Source of the DNA: Bacteroidales bacterium
Lineage (GTDB): Bacteria > Bacteroidota > Bacteroidia > Bacteroidales > TTA-H9
DNA length: 64,000 bases
Assembly (NCBI GenBank): GCA_030656615.1
Contig: JAUSOY010000061.1
Coordinates: 25,319-89,318, forward strand
Direction: 5' to 3'
Position numbers and translations under genes: made by a program. Positions 39,516 to 48,744 of the stretch are shown in pieces. Under the pieces are notes generated by a model. That model was not told the origin of the DNA. It made no database searches and saw only the letters and a list, made by a program, of their open reading frames with translations. Positions within the stretch are counted from its first letter, which is position 1. Each line of letters starts with the position of its first letter.

Positions 39516-41030
39516 ATGAAAATATTAACTGCAGCTCAGATACGTCAGGCTGACCAATATACCATACAGAACGAGCCAATTGCATCCATCGATTTAATGG
39601 AAAGAGCCGCATTAAAATGTACAGATTGGATACTGCAACACCTTAACAACTTCCAAACTGTTCAAATATACTGTGGCAACGGTAACAATGGAGGTGATGG
39701 ACTAGCGATAGCAAGACTATTGACTGAAAAAAAAATAACAGTAGAAGTTGTTCTGGTTATGGATTCGCAAAAAGGAAGTCCCGACTTCCTTAAAAACCGT
39801 AAGCGTCTAGAAAAATATCCTGATATCCGAATCCATAATGCTACCGAAAATGGCTTTCCAAGCATACCTGATAAATGCCTGCTAATCGATGCAATTTTTG
39901 GATCCGGCCTCAACCGGGCTCCAGAAGGCCTTGCTGCAGAAGCTATACAGCTTATTAATCAGAGTAAGCGAATCGTAATTGCTATAGATATCCCTTCAGG
40001 CTTGCCCGTGGATGAGACCGCAACTGATCCCCAAAAAGTAATAAAAGCAGACTACACATTATGTTTTGCACCGATAAAAATCGCACTTATTCATCCCGAA
40101 AATGAAAATTTCTGTGGCGAATGGCATTTGATTGACATCGGTCATCATCCGGTTTTTATGGAGGAAGTGACTGTCAGTCAGTTTTTCATCAGCCCGCAAA
40201 TGGTCAGATCCCTCATCCCAAAAAGAAGAAAATTTTCTCATAAAGGAACATTTGGTCATGCGCTATTACTTGCTGGAAGCCGTGGAAAAAGCGGAGCTGC
40301 AACGATGGCCGCGATGGCATGCCACCGCAGTGGCTGTGGATTGCTTACCATACATACGCCTCCATCCGTTCTTCATTCCATCGAATGCCATTCACCAGAA
40401 ACAATGGTCAGCATTGATAGTACGGAAACCTACATCAGTTCATTACCAAAACTTGATAATTATACAGCTGTAGCCATGGGACCAGGAATCGGCACCATGA
40501 AAGAAACAGCTAATACTTTAAAATTACTTCTCCAGCAATGGAAGGGCCCACTGGTGTTAGATGCCGATGCATTAAACATTTTGTCTGAAAATAAAACCTG
40601 GATGGCCTTTCTACCACCAGACTGCATACTAACTCCTCACCCCAGAGAATTTGCCCGAATGGCCGGAAAATCCGTCGATAGTTTCGAACAGAAAGAAAAA
40701 CAAAGAGAATTATCAATACGGTATGGTGTATTCATTATTTTGAAAGGCGCCCATACGTGCATCAGCACACCTACAGGGCAATTATTTTTCAATAGCAGCG
40801 GAAACCCTGGCATGGCCGCCGCTGGCAGCGGTGACGTATTAACAGGCATTTTACTCGGCCTATTATCCAGCGGATACACCCCGGCTGCGGCAAGCATAGC
40901 TGCAGTATACCTTCATGGTCTTGCCGGAGATATAGCCATGCAGGAGCATGGTCAGGAAGCGCTGATAGCAACATCCATTATTCAGTCGATTGGGAAGGCC
41001 TTTTTAAAATGCATTTCAGAATGTGAATAA
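39516..41030 (+). CDS. nnr: bifunctional NAD(P)H-hydrate repair enzyme (epimerase + ADP-dependent dehydratase)
   Basis: 504 aa with a YjeF-N domain (CGNGNNGGDGLAIARLL) and a carbohydrate-kinase-like C domain (GPGIGT...GSGDVLTG). Confidence 0.9.
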   Translation: MKILTAAQIRQADQYTIQNEPIASIDLMERAALKCTDWILQHLNNFQTVQIYCGNGNNGGDGLAIARLLTEKKITVEVVLVMDSQKGSPDFLKNRKRLEKYPDIRIHNATENGFPSIPDKCLLIDAIFGSGLNRAPEGLAAEAIQLINQSKRIVIAIDIPSGLPVDETATDPQKVIKADYTLCFAPIKIALIHPENENFCGEWHLIDIGHHPVFMEEVTVSQFFISPQMVRSLIPKRRKFSHKGTFGHALLLAGSRGKSGAATMAAMACHRSGCGLLTIHTPPSVLHSIECHSPETMVSIDSTETYISSLPKLDNYTAVAMGPGIGTMKETANTLKLLLQQWKGPLVLDADALNILSENKTWMAFLPPDCILTPHPREFARMAGKSVDSFEQKEKQRELSIRYGVFIILKGAHTCISTPTGQLFFNSSGNPGMAAAGSGDVLTGILLGLLSSGYTPAAASIAAVYLHGLAGDIAMQEHGQEALIATSIIQSIGKAFLKCISECE

Positions 41031-41108
41031 AAATCACCATTTTTGCCACTGAATACCGGTGAATTGTATTTTTTTTAAGAATTCCTTTTTTCGGTATAAA
41101 AAAAACCT

Positions 41109-41116
41109 TAATTTTG
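41109..41116 (+). promoter_or_regulatory. -7 box TAATTTTG upstream of rpsT
   Basis: Matches TAnnTTTG, 32 nt before the ATG. Confidence 0.55.
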
Positions 41117-41147
41117 CGCTCCCGAAAAAAGAAGAAAATTTAAAAAA

Positions 41148-41399
41148 ATGGCAAACCATAAATCAGCGTTAAAACGCATCCGCGCCAACGAAAAAAGAAA
41201 AATCAGGAACCGTTATTACACGAAATCCATGCGCTCAGCTCTGAAAAAATTCAGAATGATTAGCGACATGGCCGAAGCCAAAACACAGCTTCCCACGGTA
41301 GTTTCGCTTATCGACAAACTTGCCAAAAAGGCAATGATTCATAAAAACAAAGCCTCGAACCTGAAGTCGAAGTTGATGAAAAAGGTGAATTCTCTGTAA
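41148..41399 (+). CDS. rpsT: 30S ribosomal protein S20
   Basis: 83 aa starting MANHKSALKRIRANEKR. Confidence 0.95.
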   Translation: MANHKSALKRIRANEKRKIRNRYYTKSMRSALKKFRMISDMAEAKTQLPTVVSLIDKLAKKAMIHKNKASNLKSKLMKKVNSL

Positions 41400-41427
41400 T
41401 CATCTTCTTTCCTTAAAATATATTCTG

Positions 41428-41454
41428 ACAGCACTCCTGTAGGGTGCTGTTTTA
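41428..41454 (+). terminator. intrinsic terminator of rpsT
   Basis: Stem acagcactc/gggtgctgt (9 bp including one G-U), a 5-nt loop, then TTTT. Confidence 0.75.
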
Positions 41455-41491
41455 TTATTGTACCCAACTCTTCAGAAACAATAATATTTTT

Positions 41492-41521
41492 AAGCCCGTG
41501 GCATATTGCTTCGGGCTTTTT
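41492..41521 (+). terminator. second hairpin + T-run 40 nt after the rpsT terminator
   Basis: aagcccg-(13 nt)-cgggctt followed by TTTTT. It lies inside the spurious N-terminal extension of the next ORF. Confidence 0.6.
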
Positions 41522-41574
41522 GTATATTTATATTTTCAAATTCTGGCCAATTTTTCTATTTAACAATACTGTCC

Positions 41575-43434
41575 ATGTCTAACTTTGTCAAACGCACATC
41601 CATAAGATTCATGCCCGATACCAGTAAAGTAGTCGCTGCTTTACATCAAACAGGAGCTTATACAAGAGTAGTAACGGTGTTAAAACGTATAGATGACATG
41701 CCAGATACTATTGCTCAAATGGCACTGAATCAGGTGCTCCGCGATTTTTCGGGTCGTCACAGAAACCTGTCAAAAACCTTTTTACGTCATCTTCACATTG
41801 TAGTGAATGGACATACTGATTTACAGGACATCATTCAGAAAATGCCGGAGCATAAGCAAATGCTGGCAGGTTCCTATTTCACTACCGAGCATTCAATAGA
41901 ATCAGCAGCAATATATAATCCATGCATCATGCCTGATCCTGATCAAAGTGGATTGGAAGAAGGAATGCAAAGAGTTATTCTGTCTTTCAGAGCAACCGGT
42001 GGTACAAATATCTCCACTATCGTTTTCAGAAGCGGAATTCTCGATGCAAATAATAATCTCTTCGTCGATCAAAGAAGCAGCATTACCGATCAGGCAGAAC
42101 CTCATCGCAACCAGCATTATAAAAAAGAGAATTTTATCAATATCGCGATAGCTCTTAGTTTGAATCCTGATTTAATTAACAAAGTCAGTCAGGAACTTGA
42201 AGATACTTTCAATTACCACCAACTTAGAGAGATTACCATAAAATATGGCGCCAGAGAATACAATGATGAATATACCATGGATTTAACAGCCTTGCGATGG
42301 ATAGCTGAATCATGGGCCGAAATTCATTTTCCTGTTGATTCCACATTAAATGAACGAGCGATATTTCCCATCTCTCCCTCTGACGCTAACGGAATAGAAG
42401 ATGCTCGTTTTGTCAGATTTACAGAGGATAATGGTCATGTTTCGTATCATGCCACCTGTCATTCCACCAACGGATATGCCAATTTACCCCGACTGATAAC
42501 CACCAACGACTTTAAGAGTTTCCGCTTTCAGCCGCTTAAAGGCCACCGGATGATGAATCGCGGAATGGCTCTTTTCCCCCGAAAAATAAACAATAAATAT
42601 GCAATGCTCGGCCGACCGGATGGAATGAACAATTATGTACTTTTTTCTGATCATATCGACCAGTGGCCATCTGAAGGGGCATGCATTCAACAGGCACGAT
42701 TTCCATGGGAATTTATGCAGATAGGCAATTGCGGTAGTCCAATCGAAACTGAAAATGGCTGGCTTGTTATCACGCATGGAGTCGGCCCAATGAGGCGGTA
42801 TTGTCTGGGCGCACTTCTTCTCGATTTGGAAGACCCTACAAAAGTAATTGGACAACTGAATGAACCCCTGCTGGTTCCACACGACGATGAACGAAATGGT
42901 TTTGTACCCAATGTTGTTTATTCCTGTGGATCAATCCTTCATAATAACCAACTCATTTTACCATATACTGTAAGCGATACATACTCAGGAATGGCTACTG
43001 TTCCTATGGAAGAATTATATCATCGAATGCTCACCAGCGGAAAAGAAAACTTTTTAATAGAAAAACAGCAAAAGACCAGAAAGAAAATTTTACTGGTAGA
43101 AGACGATCAAATACAACAAAAAATAGTTGCTTCAATTTTACGATCCGATAATTATGATGTGGAAATAGCAGCCGATGGAATTATTGCCCTGATGCAACTT
43201 ACAAAAAGCCCGTTCGACCTGATATTATCTGATATCAATATGCCCAATTTTGATGGTATTCAGATGCTTGAGTACCTCAATCAAAATAACATACGAATTC
43301 CGGTGGTATTTCTCACAAGCATACAGGAAGCCGAAATACAACAAACAACCCTCCAACTAGGTGCCAAAGCCATTCTTTATAAACCAGTTAACCGTGCATT
43401 GCTAATAAATAAAATACGGGAATTGTCCGGCTGA
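41575..43434 (+). CDS. GH130-like (DUF377/glycosidase-related beta-propeller) protein fused to a C-terminal response-regulator receiver domain
   Basis: The central and C-terminal propeller resembles GH130 phosphorylase/glycosidase-related proteins (GIEDARFV..., NRGMALFPRKI..., ENGWLVITHGVG..., PNVVYSCG...). The last ~120 aa form an intact REC domain (LLVEDD, LILSDINMP, FLTS, YKP). Start set at MSNFVKR because the ORF-track start overlaps a terminator. Confidence 0.75.
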   Translation: MSNFVKRTSIRFMPDTSKVVAALHQTGAYTRVVTVLKRIDDMPDTIAQMALNQVLRDFSGRHRNLSKTFLRHLHIVVNGHTDLQDIIQKMPEHKQMLAGSYFTTEHSIESAAIYNPCIMPDPDQSGLEEGMQRVILSFRATGGTNISTIVFRSGILDANNNLFVDQRSSITDQAEPHRNQHYKKENFINIAIALSLNPDLINKVSQELEDTFNYHQLREITIKYGAREYNDEYTMDLTALRWIAESWAEIHFPVDSTLNERAIFPISPSDANGIEDARFVRFTEDNGHVSYHATCHSTNGYANLPRLITTNDFKSFRFQPLKGHRMMNRGMALFPRKINNKYAMLGRPDGMNNYVLFSDHIDQWPSEGACIQQARFPWEFMQIGNCGSPIETENGWLVITHGVGPMRRYCLGALLLDLEDPTKVIGQLNEPLLVPHDDERNGFVPNVVYSCGSILHNNQLILPYTVSDTYSGMATVPMEELYHRMLTSGKENFLIEKQQKTRKKILLVEDDQIQQKIVASILRSDNYDVEIAADGIIALMQLTKSPFDLILSDINMPNFDGIQMLEYLNQNNIRIPVVFLTSIQEAEIQQTTLQLGAKAILYKPVNRALLINKIRELSG

Positions 43435-43462
43435 TAAAAAATAAAAAAAGTAATAAAAATCA

Positions 43463-44164
43463 ATGGAGACTGGAAACTCAATCAGGTATTGGGCTGAAGA
43501 TGACAGACCCAGAGAAAAATTATTGATGAAGGGTAAAAACGCGCTTAGCGATGCCGAGTTAATTGCAATTTTAATTGGTTCGGGCAGTCGCGAACTTTCT
43601 GCTGTTGAACTGTCGCGTACAATTTTAAAACAGGTTAATGGCAATCTGGCAGAACTTTCGCGTTTGAATACCGGTGACTTACAAAAATTTAAAGGAATAG
43701 GCGAAGCTAAGGCCATTAGCATTATTGCTGCTCTTGAATTAGGAAGAAGACGGCTGGCAGAACTTCCATCGCGAAAAAAACCCATTAGCAGTAGTCGTGA
43801 CGCCTTCGAATACCTCCAACAATACATGGCAGATGAAGCATACGAGGTTTTTTGGGTGCTTTTGGTAAACCGTGCAAATATTCCAATATCGGCTCATAAA
43901 ATCAGCGAAGGAGGCACGGCTGGTACCGTTGCCGATCCTAAAAAAATCTTCCGTCTGGCCCTGGAGCATCATGCCAGCGGCATTATCCTAAGCCATAACC
44001 ATCCTTCAGGGAATATTAAACCCTCCGAAACGGATATCCGGCTGACTACAAAAATTGCTGGTGGTGCTGAACGACTCGACATCAATTTACTTGATCATTT
44101 GATTATTTCAGGTAATCAATATTTTAGTTTTTCGGATGAGAGTATGCTAAATCAGAAATCTTAA
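43463..44164 (+). CDS. radC: RadC-family JAB/MPN-domain protein
   Basis: 233 aa with an HhH segment (FKGIGEAKAISIIAALELG) and a JAMM motif (ILSHNHPSGNIKPSETD). Confidence 0.9.
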   Translation: METGNSIRYWAEDDRPREKLLMKGKNALSDAELIAILIGSGSRELSAVELSRTILKQVNGNLAELSRLNTGDLQKFKGIGEAKAISIIAALELGRRRLAELPSRKKPISSSRDAFEYLQQYMADEAYEVFWVLLVNRANIPISAHKISEGGTAGTVADPKKIFRLALEHHASGIILSHNHPSGNIKPSETDIRLTTKIAGGAERLDINLLDHLIISGNQYFSFSDESMLNQKS

Positions 44165-44201
44165 TTTCACTTTTTTAATAAAAGACGCTTGACCGTTTTC
44201 A

Positions 44202-44218
44202 TATTTTTGGTAAGTTTG
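44202..44218 (+). promoter_or_regulatory. two adjacent -7 boxes (TATTTTTG, TAAGTTTG) upstream of DHOD-like gene
   Basis: Both match TAnnTTTG, 42 and 33 nt before the ATG. Confidence 0.45.
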
Positions 44219-44250
44219 TTTCTTTTCAACAATCTACCAAAATCAACATT

Positions 44251-45237
44251 ATGGGCGATCTACGTACAACATATATGGGTCTCGAATTATCGAGTCCAAT
44301 CATAGCAGGAAGTTCAGGATTGAATAATAATTTGCGCAATCTTTTGGATGCCGAAAAACATGGCGCCGGTGCTGTGGTTTTAAAATCACTATTTGAAGAA
44401 CAGATAAACCATGAAATGTACTCAGCGGTAAACAGCGATTCACAGAATGCAGTTTATCCTGAGGCCATGGATTACCTGAGTAATTATACCAAGCAGCATT
44501 CGGTGGCTAATTATCTAAAACTCATTCGTGAAGCAAAAGAAAACCTGAGTATTCCGGTCATTGCATCCATAAATTGCCTTTCGGCCAACGAATGGATAAA
44601 TTTCGCTTCCCAAATTGAAGAAGCCGGTGCTGATGCCCTCGAACTTAACCTCTTCATCCTGCCTTCCGATCCCTTCCGAAGCGGCGAAGAAAACGAAAAA
44701 GTGTACTTCGATATCATTCAAGAAGTACGTAAAAAAATCACCATTCCGTTAAGTGTGAAAATCAGCTTCTACTTTTCAGGTCTTGGAAAAACCATTCTTC
44801 ATCTCTCTTGGACAGGCATCAGCGGATTGGTACTTTTTAATCGTTTCTATTCTCCTGATATCGACATAAACGAGATGGAAGTAACTACAGCCAATGTATT
44901 TAGCAGTCCGAACGAAATTTATATGCCACTCCGGTGGATTGCCATGCTGAGCGACCACGTACAATGCGATTTATGTGCCTCCACCGGCGTTGAAAACGGC
45001 GAATCAGCTGTTAAACTTATCCTTGCCGGAGCCACAGCAGTTCAGGTTACCTCTGCTTTATACAAGTATGGTATATCAAAAATCACGGACATTAACGACC
45101 AGATTTCCGATTGGATGAAAGTTCATGGATATACCAGCATTAATGATTTTAAAGGGAAAATGAGCCTTAAAAAAGCGCAAAATCCTGCCGCCTACGAAAG
45201 AGTACAGTTTATGAAACACTTCGCAGGAATCGAATAA
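44251..45237 (+). CDS. dihydroorotate dehydrogenase-like protein
   Basis: 328 aa TIM-barrel DHOD-family sequence (LSSPIIAGSSGL...AVVLKSLFEEQ...). Confidence 0.8.
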   Translation: MGDLRTTYMGLELSSPIIAGSSGLNNNLRNLLDAEKHGAGAVVLKSLFEEQINHEMYSAVNSDSQNAVYPEAMDYLSNYTKQHSVANYLKLIREAKENLSIPVIASINCLSANEWINFASQIEEAGADALELNLFILPSDPFRSGEENEKVYFDIIQEVRKKITIPLSVKISFYFSGLGKTILHLSWTGISGLVLFNRFYSPDIDINEMEVTTANVFSSPNEIYMPLRWIAMLSDHVQCDLCASTGVENGESAVKLILAGATAVQVTSALYKYGISKITDINDQISDWMKVHGYTSINDFKGKMSLKKAQNPAAYERVQFMKHFAGIE

Positions 45238-45253
45238 AACGAATTATCTGTTC

Positions 45254-45295
45254 AATAAGCCGCTTCTTCGATCAGAAAAAGCGGCTTATTTTTTC
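45254..45295 (+). terminator. intrinsic terminator of DHOD-like gene
   Basis: 12-bp stem aataagccgctt/aagcggcttatt followed by TTTTT. The 3' arm overlaps the last codons of the convergent EEP gene. Confidence 0.8.
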
Positions 45296-46308
45296 TTCAG
45301 GAAAAGGCGTATGGGCATATGATCACTAAAACCGCCTTCGTATTTCATTCCGTGATATGTCCTGAAAGGCCGCTTTCCCGTGTAGGTTTCGTCGGTTGTA
45401 AGTAAAAAATCTTCCCACACAATTTCTGCATCTTTAACAGAATAAACACTTTCCATATTGTAAAAGGAAGTTGATACAATAAACTGATCGATAACACTCC
45501 ATTTGCCATTAAATTTTTGGGAACCGCGCCCTAAACTTCCTGCCATTTTGTGCGAAACATTTACCAGACCCGAAGAACAGTTTTCGAAAGACTGACAAGC
45601 ACCAAGTTGCTCAATCAGCGATGGATCATCTGGTGTATCATTAAAATCGCCCATGATAATGATTTTTGCACTGGGTTGAAATCCAATAACAGAATCGGTT
45701 AGTGAGCGAAGAAGTCGGGCGGCTGCCGCCCTTCGGCCAATGGTGGCCGCTCCTCCTCCATATTTTGATGGCCAATGATTCACAAAAAAATGGAGCGTAT
45801 CGTCACCACCAAGAACTCCCTTTACATATAGTATATCACGGGTCGTTGAACTGCTCTTTTCGAACACCAGCCTGACCGGTCTGGAGTATAAAATCTCGAA
45901 ATCGGATGGACGATATAAAAATGCACAATCGATTCCACGAGAATCGGGAGAATCGTAGTGAATAAACTTATAATTGAATTCCTTCAAGGGCGTGTATCGG
46001 CAGAGGTTCTTAAGCACAAGCTCATTTTCTACTTCACATAATCCAACCACCGAGGGCAAGGACCATCCGCAGGAAGAAACTATAGTCCGCGCAATATTTT
46101 TCGATTTTTGATTCAGTCTGAATTTATTCCAATGGCGAAGTCCATCCGGAGTAAATTCGTCATCGGATGTTAAACTGTCATTTTCTGTATCAAAAAAGTT
46201 TTCGACATTATAAAACACTACGGCATATGTCCTTCTTGCAGAATCAGATGGGTATGCCATCAGCAGCATTGGAAGCCATAAGCCGATGAAAAACAGTGTT
46301 CGCATCAT
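45286..46308 (-). CDS. endonuclease/exonuclease/phosphatase (EEP) family protein
   Basis: Signal peptide and EEP blocks (VVFYNVENFFD, GLCEVEN, IIMGDFND, SDHMPI). Confidence 0.8.
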   Translation of the reverse strand: MMRTLFFIGLWLPMLLMAYPSDSARRTYAVVFYNVENFFDTENDSLTSDDEFTPDGLRHWNKFRLNQKSKNIARTIVSSCGWSLPSVVGLCEVENELVLKNLCRYTPLKEFNYKFIHYDSPDSRGIDCAFLYRPSDFEILYSRPVRLVFEKSSSTTRDILYVKGVLGGDDTLHFFVNHWPSKYGGGAATIGRRAAAARLLRSLTDSVIGFQPSAKIIIMGDFNDTPDDPSLIEQLGACQSFENCSSGLVNVSHKMAGSLGRGSQKFNGKWSVIDQFIVSTSFYNMESVYSVKDAEIVWEDFLLTTDETYTGKRPFRTYHGMKYEGGFSDHMPIRLFLKKK

Positions 46309-46961
46309 TCAGTTAATTGATGCAATTTATCAATAGCAGCACCAATATCGGCATGAGAAAAAATGGTATTACCTGCCACGAGAATATCAGCACCGGCTTC
46401 CACCAGAAGAGGGGCATTGATAAAATCAACACCTCCATCAATTTCGATGAGTGTCGTAGCATTTTTGCGAAGAATTAATTCCTTTAAATCTCTGATTTTC
46501 TGTATCACATTTGTAATGAAGATTTGTCCTCCAAAGCCGGGGTTTACACTCATCAGCAGGACATAATCGGCCTCGGTAACAATATCAGCAAGAAGTGAAA
46601 CCGGTGTATGCGGATTTAAAACAACCCCTGCCTTCATTCCCATTTGTCGTATCGAATTGAGCGAACGATGCAGATGAATAGAAGCTTCGTAATGTACAGA
46701 CAGCCATTGGGCACCAACTTCCCTGAAACGTTCAAAATAACGCTCGGGCTGCGTAATCATAAGATGAACATCCAGTGGTTTTTCGGCTACCGAGGCAATT
46801 TGCGAAATAATTGGAAAACCATATGAAATATTGGGCACAAAAACACCATCCATTACATCAATGTGTATCAGTTCTGCTGATGATCGGTTAATCTGATTAA
46901 TGGCCTCACCAAGGTGTAAAAAATCGGCCGAAAGAACCGAAGGCGCAATCCAATGTTTCAT
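46305..46961 (-). CDS. rpe: ribulose-phosphate 3-epimerase
   Basis: 218 aa with IAPSVLSADF, HIDVMDG, MSVNPGFGGQ and EIDGG motifs. Confidence 0.95.
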   Translation of the reverse strand: MKHWIAPSVLSADFLHLGEAINQINRSSAELIHIDVMDGVFVPNISYGFPIISQIASVAEKPLDVHLMITQPERYFERFREVGAQWLSVHYEASIHLHRSLNSIRQMGMKAGVVLNPHTPVSLLADIVTEADYVLLMSVNPGFGGQIFITNVIQKIRDLKELILRKNATTLIEIDGGVDFINAPLLVEAGADILVAGNTIFSHADIGAAIDKLHQLTE

Positions 46962-46996
46962 TCGTGAATTTTATGATGTTAAAAATACAATTTTTA

Positions 46997-47004
46997 CAAA
47001 AGTA
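46997..47004 (-). promoter_or_regulatory. -7 box TACTTTTG upstream of rpe
   Basis: The minus-strand reading matches TAnnTTTG, 36 nt before the start. Confidence 0.5.
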
Positions 47005-47217
47005 CGTAATGCGTCAATTCCGAGGGCAAAAACACCAATCGGTGATCCTTTTTCGATAATATTCAAAGGTAATAATGTTTTGAGAAACCGCGTAATTTAC
47101 ATCATTTGATAAATTATTAAATCGCCAGTTTTCTATACGCCTTAATATCAACAGAATAATGTTAGTAATTTAAAATTAAAAAATCAGACAAAATGTTTGT
47201 TTTATTAATTTTTTTTA

Positions 47218-47225
47218 TACTTTTG
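47218..47225 (+). promoter_or_regulatory. orphan -7 box TACTTTTG with no downstream CDS
   Basis: Perfect TAnnTTTG with a TTG ~18 nt upstream. The following sequence GCACTCCCAAACGAAAAGG resembles the rpsT post-box sequence GCGCTCCCGAAAAAAGAAG. Confidence 0.45.
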
Positions 47226-47231
47226 CACTCC

Positions 47232-47517
47232 CAAACGAAAAGGGGATGTTCTATTGAGTTTATTATTCTGATATACAATTAATTAGTCTTGTATTACACA
47301 AATATTAGGAAAATTAATGATGCTTTGGAAACATATGATATCTCGATTTTGAGAGTTGTTGAGTATTCCAGACCTACTTTCAGGAGAATTCTTTAGGACT
47401 TTTTAGAATGATGACAAAAACAACCGGATTGATTATATCAAAAAAGTTGTTTTCTCATAATGTTAGATTTTGGTTGATTGGTGAAAACGGTGGTTGGGAA
47501 ACCGCCGTTTTCTATTT
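47232..47517 (+). ncRNA. candidate small RNA (orphan promoter-to-terminator unit), identity unknown
   Basis: A perfect TACTTTTG -7 box (47218-47225) has no downstream CDS. An 11-bp hairpin (47483-47512) followed by TATTT lies ~285 nt later. The only ORFs here are a 10-codon ORF and an 81-aa ORF that reads through the hairpin. Confidence 0.3.
47483..47517 (+). terminator. hairpin ending the candidate sRNA unit
   Basis: gaaaacggtgg-ttgggaaa-ccgccgttttc (11 bp, one G-U) followed by TATTT. Confidence 0.5.
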
Positions 47518-47771
47518 ACCCCCATTGGATTGCTTCATTCTCAGCCCCATTCCTATTCAGGACAAATACATTTGTTTTTCCATCAGTCTATTGAATTCCA
47601 GACTATTCAAACCTATCTTTACACCTCAAGATTCTGATTCATCAATAAAATGAGTCTGAATGCAATTTTGTAAATGTTTATTCGCTTACACACTGAAGCG
47701 TGGCATTTTTCTGCCTGTATTCGTCAATGTTTAATAAATAGGGTCTGCTGAAAAACTCAGTTTGATGACAA

Positions 47772-47797
47772 TAAAAAACCCGGCTTTTGGCCGGGTT
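47772..47797 (-). terminator. intrinsic terminator of rpoD
   Basis: 8-bp stem aacccggc/gccgggtt. The plus-strand A-run gives a T-run on the minus strand. Confidence 0.8.
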
Positions 47798-47820
47798 AGT
47801 AATAAAATTTTCCATAAAAA

Positions 47821-48684
47821 TTAACCGAGATAGCTTTTCAGGATTTTGCTTCTGGTTGTGTGTTTCAGTCGACGAATGGCTTTTTCCTTAATCTGGCGGA
47901 CGCGTTCGCGCGTTAAATCGAATTTTTCACCAATTTCTTCCAATGTCATTGGATGTTGACCTTCCAATCCGAAATACAGACGAATAACGTCGGCTTCGCG
48001 TGGGGTCAGTGTTGAAATGGCTCTGTCGATTTCCTTGCGCAACGATTCATAAAGTAATCCGCTATCGGGAGTAGCCATGTCATCGTTTTTAAGCACATCG
48101 TACATATTGTTTTCTTCATCTTGTACGAGGGGTGCGTCCATTGATACATGCCTGCCCGAATTTCGCAGCGATTCTTTTACTTCATTTTCACTGATTTCGA
48201 GAATGCCAGCAATTTCTTCGTAATTGGGTTCGCGTTCATATTCCTGCTCCAGTTTGGCGTATGCCTTATTTATCTTATTGATGGAGCCAATTTTATTCAG
48301 CGGAAGCCTTACAATACGCGATTGTTCGGCCAAGGCCTGAAGAATGGACTGACGGATCCACCAAACGGCATAGGAAATGAATTTAAAACCACGGGTTTCG
48401 TCGAAACGCTGAGCAGCTTTAATCAAGCCAAGATTGCCTTCATTAATCAAATCAGGAAGACTAAGTCCTTGATTTTGATACTGCTTCGAAACTGAAACTA
48501 CAAAACGAAGGTTAGCTTTGGTAAGCTTTTCGAGAGCCGCCTGATCGCCTTGTTTAATCCGCTGGGCGAGGGATACTTCCTCTTCGGCGGTGATGAGTTC
48601 CACCTTACCAATTTCCTGCAGATACTTGTCTAAAGAAGCGGTTTCCCTGTTGGTTACCTGTTTTGTAATCTTTAATTGCCTCAT
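47821..48684 (-). CDS. rpoD: RNA polymerase primary sigma factor (Bacteroidota-type sigma A)
   Basis: 287 aa with regions 2-4 conserved ([60 protein letters not shown]). Confidence 0.95.
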   Translation of the reverse strand: MRQLKITKQVTNRETASLDKYLQEIGKVELITAEEEVSLAQRIKQGDQAALEKLTKANLRFVVSVSKQYQNQGLSLPDLINEGNLGLIKAAQRFDETRGFKFISYAVWWIRQSILQALAEQSRIVRLPLNKIGSINKINKAYAKLEQEYEREPNYEEIAGILEISENEVKESLRNSGRHVSMDAPLVQDEENNMYDVLKNDDMATPDSGLLYESLRKEIDRAISTLTPREADVIRLYFGLEGQHPMTLEEIGEKFDLTRERVRQIKEKAIRRLKHTTRSKILKSYLG

Positions 48685-48744
48685 ATCGTAAATTTAACCA
48701 TGTTCGCTTTTACGGATACCTGATGTTTCAGGTTACAAAAACTA

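Noticed and set aside
43463-44164. RadC as a marker of a mobile element or defence island
   Set aside because: The neighbours are housekeeping or metabolic genes. There is no integrase, transposase, restriction, toxin-antitoxin or phage gene, and no flanking repeats.
47408-47653. 81-aa ORF in the rpe-rpoD spacer
   Set aside because: It reads straight through the 47483-47512 hairpin and T-tail. Its composition is unremarkable and hydrophobic or low-complexity, and I recognise no family. It is more likely non-coding.
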